A DNA stretch of 63,999 nucleotides, the filler included, from Sanchytrium tribonematis (lineage: Eukaryota): the NCBI GenBank assembly GCA_018985235.1. It is 22 parts of 22 records of this genome, joined end to end, with 100 filler letters (N's around TTAATTAATTAA, not from the genome) between each part and the next. Parts side by side here need not be neighbours in the genome. Positions count along the whole stretch, not along the records: positions 55,293 to 56,684 come from JADGIG010001301.1; positions 56,785 to 58,176 come from JADGIG010001302.1; positions 58,277 to 59,666 come from JADGIG010001303.1; positions 59,767 to 61,153 come from JADGIG010001304.1; positions 61,254 to 62,640 come from JADGIG010001305.1; positions 62,741 to 63,999 come from JADGIG010001341.1; 16 more parts are not named here. One strand, given 5' to 3'. The position numbers were made by a program, and so were the translations under genes. Positions 56,151-63,999 of the stretch are shown piece by piece. The stretch's first letter is position 1, and each line of letters starts with the position of its first letter. Below the pieces are notes generated by a model. It was given only the letters and a program-made list of their open reading frames with translations. It ran no database searches and was not told where the DNA came from.

Positions 56151-56375
56151 TTAAGTCAGGACCCTTCGCAAATTATTGCGTTTTTTTACATGAACGGTCT
56201 TGTTTTCCTTGTATTCTGCTTTTATGTAATTTGCATCTCCAAATAAACACATGTTCCATTGAAATGAATAATAGTCATAGCTATAATATCCAACCTCATA
56301 CCAATACCATGCAGCTGCCTGGCAAGTGGTAATACTTTCGGCAAAAATAGATGTCAAAAACAAAATGAACAACAT
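56151..56375 (-). CDS. Small secreted Cys/Trp/Tyr-rich cationic peptide B
   Basis: Leader MLFILFLTSIFA; upstream TATTTAAA; shares S...C, GY.S and C..GD.N..K with peptide A. Confidence 0.75.
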   Translation of the reverse strand: MLFILFLTSIFAESITTCQAAAWYWYEVGYYSYDYYSFQWNMCLFGDANYIKAEYKENKTVHVKKRNNLRRVLT

Positions 56376-56592
56376 GGAGTTAAAAAGCTATACTTAGCTG
56401 TTTAAATAAGATAATGGGATCTTTCACAAGTGCATCAATTATGAAGTCATTTTGCGATGTCTTCACCATTGGTTTGATTTCCCTTTTGCCAATTTGAAAA
56501 ATATGAAGAGGCTATTTTTGGTAATTTCAAAACAGACTTGGTAATAGAAAAGAAATTACATGAAAAATGTACCTAAAGAACAACAGCCAACT

Positions 56593-56684
56593 CAATCATT
56601 TATTGAAATCACCACGGCAACTCCTGCCCATCCCGATGAAAGAATTTGCCACTCTCATTTTTTGAAACATTTGAAATCACTTTA
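56593..56684 (-). repeat. 92-bp inverted repeat, right arm; contains SDR C-terminus copy 2 (56609-56684)
   Basis: Reverse complement of 55296-55387. Confidence 0.95.
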
Positions 56685-56784
56685 NNNNNNNNNNNNNNNN
56701 NNNNNNNNNNNNNNNNNNNNNNNNNNNNTTAATTAATTAANNNNNNNNNNNNNNNNNNNNNNNNNNNNNNNNNNNNNNNNNNNN

Positions 56785-57055
56785 ATATGGATTAGAAGAT
56801 ATTGCACAATGTTGTGGTAATTTATGGTTAATGGCTCAAAAACCCAATAAATTCAATCGTGAGCGTGTGTTGCAGTTTAAATCTGACATGGTGAATGATT
56901 ATGTTATGAAAACAGGCGTATTAATTGAAAGAAGATATAAAATTAGAACTTTAATTTATACTGTTTACTTAGCAAGATATCCATTGTGGGCATTTGAAGA
57001 TCCAGATGAGACTATTAGTAAAGCAGTGGATGCATTTGATGCATTATTGGGTTAA
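56785..57055 (+). CDS. C-terminal fragment of an unknown protein
   Basis: Open from the contig edge, ends TAATAAA. Confidence 0.4.
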
Positions 57056-57104
57056 TAAATAAAACTAGTTTCACAACTTTGCAACTTGACCACTTGAAAC
57101 AATA

Positions 57105-58176
57105 ATGCTCCGATTCATTTCACGTCGCCAGTCCTCTAAATTACCCATTTTGAAGACAAATAAAATCAACCAAAACATGTCTTTTATGGTATATTGGGAT
57201 ACGGTGTCGTGCGTAGTTTGGCATCTACAGCCAGTGAATTACGATCTGCTGTTTTTGCAAATATTGCCAATAAAACCATTAGACAAGTGGCTAAATCCAC
57301 TTATGAACACATACTATCATTAGATATGCCATATCATTTAAATAGACAAACAGGTGGGCTACAAAGATCTATAGATAGAGGCACAAAAGGAATCAGTTTT
57401 GTTTTAAATGCCATGGTATTCCACATTGTCCCCACTGCATTTGAATTATCACTCGTCTGTTGTTTATTAGGATATAAATATGGTACCACATTCGTTGTAG
57501 GCACATTAGCAAGCATTTCAGCGTATTCTGCCTTTACACTTTTAACGACTTCCTGGAGAACCAAATTTAGAAGATATATGAATAAAGCAGATAATAATGC
57601 AGCCACTACTGCTACAGATGCCTTAATCAACATTGAACATGTCAAATATAATGCCACAGAAGCATTTGAAGTTGGAAATTACAACAAATCTTTAAAAGAA
57701 TATGAATCAGCCAGTTTACAAACCAGTTACTCACTAGCATTCTTAAATGGTGGGCAACAACTCATATTCACGAGTGGATTGACCTATTTAATGTATATTG
57801 CATCTCAAGGCATTTTAATGGGAGATTTGACTGTAGGTGATTTAGTCATGATAAATGCATTATTATTCCAATTAGCTGCCCCATTAAACTTTTTAGGTAG
57901 TGTCTATAGAGAATTAAAGCAATCCATGATAGATATGAGCATTTTACTCAAATTAAAAGATGAAAAACCCGTGTTTGAAAATGGCAAACAATCCTTTCAA
58001 CTCAAATCGGGTCAAATCCAACTTGACAATATCCATTTTTATCATGGTAAAAAGCATATTTTACAAGGTATCTCTATGAATATCCAAGGTGGTCAACGTA
58101 TTGGTATTTGTGGCCCATCTGGATGTGGCAAATCCACATTAATCAAATTGATATTCCGACATTATAATGTGGATTC
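57105..58176 (+). CDS. ATM1: Mitochondrial ABC transporter Atm1/ABCB7, partial, with a 5' frame disruption
   Basis: GYG..R, HLNRQTGGL.R.IDRGTKGI, WRTKFR, PLNFLGSVYRE, Walker A GPSGCGKST. Confidence 0.9.
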
Positions 58177-58276
58177 NNNNNNNNNNNNNNNNNNNNNNNN
58201 NNNNNNNNNNNNNNNNNNNNTTAATTAATTAANNNNNNNNNNNNNNNNNNNNNNNNNNNNNNNNNNNNNNNNNNNN

Positions 58277-58683
58277 CCCATTTTCAATCCCCAATCTTTC
58301 CTCATATTCAATTCCAATGCAGCAAAGAATGTATAATCATAAACACCATCATAAATACCCTTGTGTTTGAAGAAATCCTCACAAATAAATTGCATTTTGT
58401 CATTAATCTCCATTTTATACTTTTCAAGACATTTCTCAATACATGTTGGTGCATAATCTAATCCAATGACTTTATTGCCTTGCTTGTATAGTTCCAAGAC
58501 ATCATATCCATAGCCACATCCCGGTACGAGCCATTTCCCTTTTGGTAATTCATTTATAATATTTAATAGTGCTGGTGATGATTTACCAGCATCCCATGTT
58601 AAATTATTGTGGATCCAATGATCTTCCCATGTCCCTGATTGTAATTTTTGAATGGTTTTGGCTAATTTTTTGAGATTTGACAT
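58277..58683 (-). CDS. TPMT-family thiol/halide methyltransferase, 3'-partial
   Basis: W...W....TWDAG.SSPAL, LVPGCGYGYDV, DFF, YDYTFFAAL. Confidence 0.88.
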
Positions 58684-58768
58684 GGTTTTGAAAAATAATT
58701 TGAGCCAATCAAATACTCTTATTTCACGTGCTTCTCCAAATGGTGTCAAAATTACCTTGTATTGTGCG

Positions 58769-59666
58769 ATGCTATTCATTCTTTGTCTATTATTTGCAAA
58801 TGATGAACAATCTGTCAATCAAGCTGCCCAATATTTCGATAAAATTCAACAAATATCATCTCATCCATCCAATTTACCATTTTTTAATCTCAAATCTCAA
58901 TATTTTAGAATCTACGACCAAGTAGATATCAATTATAATGATCTAGTACAAATCAATGATAAAGTGGCACCCGTCAATGCGCTTTATTATGCATCTCAAT
59001 ATATCAATGAGAAATCAACCCCAGAATCTAAAATTAATCTCATTACATCTGCAATAATCCAATCTTTGGAGTACTATGGTCCATTCATGACTCAATATGG
59101 GGTCTATACAGATATTTTAAATGTCATCATCACCCAATTAACTTATCCAAATCCACAAATATTCATTGATTTGGTAATCAAATTTTTCATTTATCGACCA
59201 AAATCAAAGTGGGAACAAATAAAAGCCATTCAACACGTCACTAGTCAATATCCATTCATAACTCAATATATGGTAAATAATTGGATCAAAAAATTACCAT
59301 TTGCCATCCAGGATCCATTTGCATTGAGAGATATATTTTCACCCACTAGTTCTCAAATATATTCATGGTTTCCGGAGGATTTGATTAAAATAGATGAAAT
59401 GAAGAGAGAATCTGTTAAATTACTTGAATTGGGGAAATTAAAATCAACTCCAAAAAATAATCTCAAACAGGTTTATTTCTCCGTATTTTCAAATTCTAAT
59501 CTCAATTACCATGATTTATTAAATATTAATGATCCTGTGAGACCAGTGAATGCAATGTTTTATGCAGCTCGATATATTTCATCAAATTTTCAATCACTCA
59601 TAAAAATTCGTCAAATTTGGAATGCTGTGAGGGAATTAATCAATGCTGTAGATCCAATGAATGGAG
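58769..59666 (+). CDS. Secreted protein with a ~190-aa internal repeat, 3'-partial
   Basis: Leader MLFILCLLFA; repeat NLK..YF......NY.DL..IND.V.PVNA..YA..YI occurs twice. Confidence 0.7.
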
Positions 59667-59766
59667 NNNNNNNNNNNNNNNNNNNNNNNNNNNNNNNNNN
59701 NNNNNNNNNNTTAATTAATTAANNNNNNNNNNNNNNNNNNNNNNNNNNNNNNNNNNNNNNNNNNNN

Positions 59767-61153
59767 TTGGATGTCAATTTAGATTCGCTTTGTAAACCAA
59801 TGGCAGCATTTAGATCTACATCTACAATATCTACAATCTGTTGGTTTCCAGCATGAAGAAGTCCAAAATTCAATGCTTCAAATGGCATGACTATGTTTTT
59901 TGGTTCTCCCGGTTGCTTCTCATCGTCGTTTTCAAGCTTCACTAAATTGGTAAAATTTTCATGTGTCTCATTCAAAAAGACTTGTATCATTTCTGTAGAG
60001 TCTTTTTCACCTTTAACTACTCCAGACAAAATGCTTAACAGAGTGTGAAGATGGTCAAATGAATCTTCATCAATAGTCACTTGGGAAAACTTAGAATTTT
60101 GACCAATTCTTATCAAGCTAGCGATAATAAGCATGATTTGTGCTGTATAGTGACTTTTATCCTCCTCTGTGGTATTCATTTGATGCAATTTTAAAACCAA
60201 TTTTGTAAGTGTGCTACCAAGAACACTCGCGGTGAAATAATCACCTCTTAAGATAATTTTACGTAGAGAATGTGCATTCCCAATTTTAACACTCAATTTT
60301 GCATCCTGACCATCGGAACTCTCCTCTACCTCCATTGGGACAGGTCCAATGGCATCCTTAATATGACCAAATACCATTTCGATATCTTGCAATGTGGAGC
60401 AGTACTCACTTAACATCCACAACACGTTCCTCATAACTTTACCACTTTCTAAAACTGGAAGCTCTTTACTAAGGCGAATAAGTACATTTTTCCTAACATT
60501 TGGGTATTTTTCCAAAATAACTTGAATGAAGTGTAGAACATCTACAGACACTGTCGCAGACTGTTGTGGCTGAGTTTGGATCGGAGAAAATGGTTGTGTT
60601 TGCTGGAATAAAGCCTGGAGAAGTGTTTCAAGTAGCGTATTTGAAATAGTTGGAAATTGATTAGTCAATTGGTGCATTGTTTTTAATATATCTTGCAGGA
60701 AAGAAGTGTCTGATGTAGAAAGAAGTTGCTTTTGCAAAATAGCAACTACCTCTTCAATGCTTTTGCCATCCACAATTAGAACACATAACTCCAAGGCCTT
60801 TTTCTTTACGCTTTCATCAGGAGAATTTAATACACTTAAACAATCCACCGCGAAATGAGAAAGCCCTTTCACCTGAAATTTGTGTAATAAAGAATAAAGT
60901 TCATTGAGAACTATTAATTTGACATTGATATCTGTCGAGTTTCTGATCAATCCCAAATAAGTCTCTGCGCAAGCTTTGATTACACTGTCGGTTTTACTCA
61001 AAGTAGCTAAAGTGGAAGCCGCCTCAAATTGAACACTGGCATAAGAACTACTGAGCAGTGAATAAATTGTTTTTAAAAATAATGGACTCATTTTTTTGTG
61101 CTTTCTAAGTATTTGAATTAACAACAGTAACGTGTTTTCATCTGAAGAAAGTA
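59767..61153 (-). CDS. COPB1: Coatomer subunit beta, internal fragment
   Basis: V.FEAASTL, D.NVKLIVL, LWMLSEY, LR..IL.GDYF.ASVL..TLTKL, IDEDS. Confidence 0.9.
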
Positions 61154-61253
61154 NNNNNNNNNNNNNNNNNNNNNNNNNNNNNNNNNNNNNNNNNNNNTTA
61201 ATTAATTAANNNNNNNNNNNNNNNNNNNNNNNNNNNNNNNNNNNNNNNNNNNN

Positions 61254-61683
61254 TTATCCACAAATGAGGCAATCTGGGGAATATAAATACATTTGGGTGG
61301 CGAGTTTCGTTTAATCGATGTGTCAAGGATTCTTTGTTTTGATCAATCAACCCTTTTAAACCAATTAGCTTCTTAAACCCCACAATGTAAGTAAACAATA
61401 CTGAAGGCTTATCTAATGGCCCTTTAAATAAAGGAAATGATGCATAAGTGTGCGACTTGGGAATGTAGTTAATCTTACTAGCATCAATTGGGTACTTCTT
61501 GATCTTAAAGCAACTTGGGAATAAATCGGGAAAGTAATTTTCTACATCTTCACATAACTCATTGCCACTAGCTTCATCGATTTTAAGTGAGCTAAAATAA
61601 CCATCAAGTAAGTTTTCCACCGTTTGTTTTAAATGTTGAGTTATATCAGTTTTTAAAAGATCAAGCGCTTTCAGTTTTTTCAT
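61254..61683 (-). CDS. Hypothetical protein, 3'-partial
   Basis: Open frame running into the gap. Confidence 0.35.
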
Positions 61684-62012
61684 GAAGTTTGATGACAAGT
61701 ATTTATTTGCACATTGTAAATTTGTCAAAAGACCAGAGGTATACTATTTTATACAACGACCTTTCTAATTGAAATATGTAAACAGAGTGATTGAATGTAA
61801 AGATTCTAATTCGAAAATTCACTGTGTGGTATGTATAATAGTTTGAATCCAGCTATTACTAAAGTTAAAAAATATAAAATACAAGGTGCCATATATGAAC
61901 TAGTCAGTATATATAATGAACGAATACATTGGGAATGCACCCCTTGTTTAGAAATTCCCCTATGAATAGATCGTCTTGATTGGGGAAAGTGCTCCTTGTA
62001 ACGATTTAGACT

Positions 62013-62640
62013 ATGGCATTCACTTCAGTTATTTCTAAAGCAGAATTCGAGGCAGACCGATATATCCTGATTGCATCTCTGGCATGTCCATTCGCCTGCC
62101 GGGCTTTGGTAAGTAGAAATATCAAGCAATTGGTTGACAAGATTCCCATTATTATTGTCTCACCTAAAAAAACACCAACTTGGCAGTTTGATAACGCTGG
62201 AAAATATGCTAAAACAAACAGAGATTTATACGGAAGATCTGAATTGAAAGAATACTATTTGGAATCTGATCCTAATTACAATTCTGCTTTTTCTGTGCCA
62301 GTACTATATGATACGAAAACTAGAAAAATAGTAAACAACGAGTCTACACTTATTGTTAGGCTATTCAATGACATTGGAACCGGTCCAGATCTTTATCCGT
62401 CCAGCAAGAAAACTGAGATTGAATCAATGAACGAGTTGACAAACAGCATTAGTGTGAACATTTACAAGTCGAATCATGCAAAAACTCAAAAAGAATACGA
62501 CGAAATTTGCGAATTAATTTTTGATGCCTTTAAAAAATTAGAGGAGGGCTTGAAAAATCATAAGTTTTTGGTCGGCGACTCGATCACTGAAGCAGATATA
62601 CGTATCTTTTCATGGTTTATTCCATTGACCGAAATCACGG
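62013..62640 (+). CDS. Glutathionyl-hydroquinone reductase / omega-like GST (Ecm4/YqjG family), 3'-partial
   Basis: RY.L..SLACPFA.R, SVPVLYD.KT..IVNNES, DLYP, TEADIR. Confidence 0.9.
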
Positions 62641-62740
62641 NNNNNNNNNNNNNNNNNNNNNNNNNNNNNNNNNNNNNNNNNNNNTTAATTAATTAANNNN
62701 NNNNNNNNNNNNNNNNNNNNNNNNNNNNNNNNNNNNNNNN

Positions 62741-62890
62741 TATGGGCATGGAATCAGTGGGTGGCAGACTAGCTATGGAAGCGCATTCGAAGTTCTAAGA
62801 CTTGTTCAAGAAACAGATCCAGTGCAGACCGTCAAACTTGACGAACCTTTTTTTACAAGGTTGAATCCTTTAGTAAATGCAAAGTTATAA
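62741..62890 (+). CDS. D-amino-acid oxidase-like C-terminus with PTS1 (-AKL); not in the ORF track
   Basis: YGHGISGWQTSYGSA...NAKL-stop. Confidence 0.75.
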   Translation, partial: YGHGISGWQTSYGSAFEVLRLVQETDPVQTVKLDEPFFTRLNPLVNAKL

Positions 62891-63125
62891 TAAATTTCGA
62901 ACGTGGTTCTTTCAACATTTTTTGCAAAAAATACTAACATCGTAAGGGACAAGAATATTTGGCAAATTATTACATTATTAAATTATTAAATTTCTTTCCA
63001 TAAAATTACACTATTGTATTGTTTGTAAAATCCAGCTATAACGGTCGACATGTTTTCGTTATCATTGCGTTTGATAAATACAATATTGTGCAATTGAAAT
63101 GCATGATTTCAAGCTCCTTTGAATC

Positions 63126-63999
63126 ATGTGTGGTATCTTCGGAGCTTTTCAATTGCAAAATGCGCAACAATTCAGACAGCAAGCATTGCAATCTAGCAAA
63201 TCTATCAGACACAGAGGTCCAGATTGGAGTGGATGCATTATAACGGACGATACAGTAATTTGTCATGAGCGACTTGCAATCAATATGGTAGACTCTGGGG
63301 CGCAACCTATTATAACTCACAACATAGTTCTAGCTGTAAATGGTGAAATTTATAACTACAAACTCCTTCAACAAAAATACAAGATCAAAGATGAACTTTC
63401 AAGCGATTGTCATATTATTATATATTTATACGAGCATTACAAGGATCAAAAAGACGGTTTAAATTTAATGATGAATGAATTGGATGGAATGTTTTCCTTC
63501 ATTTTATATGATAAAGAAAAGAAACGAACTTTCGCTGCCAGGGATCCAATAGGAATTACACCATTATATTTAAGCTATAACTACAATGACGATGAATACT
63601 ATTTAAGTAGCGAATTGAAAGGTTTAAACCAGATCAGTGATAGGATTATAGCTTTTCCGCCTGGTAGTTATCTGGAGCATGATAACAAACACACAGACTC
63701 GAGTGAGAATATTGTGAAGTATTTCAATCCTCATTGGCTAACAACTAAAAAATTCAACAAATTGGACCTAGACATTTTGAGAGAAAGTCTGATTGAAAGT
63801 GTTAAGAAAAGATTAATGTGTCAGGTTCCATTCGGAGTTCTTCTAAGCGGTGGTCTTGACAGTTCGCTAATATGTGCAATTGTATGTAGATTGTTAAGAG
63901 ACCACAAAAATGGAAAACTAACCACTAGTCCATTCAACGAAAATATCGAATCCCTCTATTCAGATCAGCTTCACACTTTCTCGGTAGGGCTTGTAGGAT
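63126..63999 (+). CDS. ASNS: Asparagine synthetase (glutamine-hydrolysing), runs off the window; not in the ORF track
   Basis: MCGIF, RHRGPDWSG, HERLAI, NGEIYN, RDPIGI.PLY, LSGGLDSS. Confidence 0.96.
   Translation, partial: MCGIFGAFQLQNAQQFRQQALQSSKSIRHRGPDWSGCIITDDTVICHERLAINMVDSGAQPIITHNIVLAVNGEIYNYKLLQQKYKIKDELSSDCHIIIYLYEHYKDQKDGLNLMMNELDGMFSFILYDKEKKRTFAARDPIGITPLYLSYNYNDDEYYLSSELKGLNQISDRIIAFPPGSYLEHDNKHTDSSENIVKYFNPHWLTTKKFNKLDLDILRESLIESVKKRLMCQVPFGVLLSGGLDSSLICAIVCRLLRDHKNGKLTTSPFNENIESLYSDQLHTFSVGLVG

Noticed and set aside
55293..56684. DNA transposon or MITE with 92-bp TIRs, or an amplification fold-back chimera
   Set aside because: The repeats encode an SDR C-terminus plus poly(A) signal, there is no transposase, and the interior halves are diverged paralogues rather than identical mirror copies.
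1428..62740. Regularly spaced TTAATTAATTAA repeats resembling an array or element boundary
   Set aside because: Always embedded in N-runs as a 100-nt spacer, so an artificial concatenation linker. Contig lengths fall monotonically with ten short contigs between the long ones, consistent with name-sorted assembly output.

Overview
This window is not contiguous DNA. It is about 22 contigs joined by an artificial 100-nt linker (N-run, TTAATTAATTAA, N-run): two ~17-kb contigs (1528-18546 and 33737-50708) and many ~1.4-kb fragments, so adjacency across linkers has no biological meaning. The DNA is from a very compact, AT-rich eukaryotic nuclear genome using the standard code, most likely an early-diverging fungus or holomycotan. 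It carries housekeeping genes (NDUFS1, PHB2, eIF4G, MPP10, NEDD8, ICL1, NCS1, VMA4, TIM22, APE4, GUK1, EMC1, ATM1, beta-COP, ASNS), an intron-containing tRNA-Tyr, an Argonaute, an ADAM protease, an MLKL-like kinase, plant-type LRR surface proteins and several decayed transposons. Three signals stand out. (1) Thirteen spliceosomal introns of only 19-20 nt (GT...YTNAYNTAG, invariant A at -6); removing them repairs split ORFs and in most cases restores a conserved motif. (2) The TAA stop codon is systematically fused with an AATAAA/AGTAAA poly(A)-type signal, in spacers of only tens of bp. (3) A 1.4-kb inverted-duplication cassette has identical SDR gene ends flanking two diverged paralogous small secreted Cys/aromatic/cationic peptide genes.
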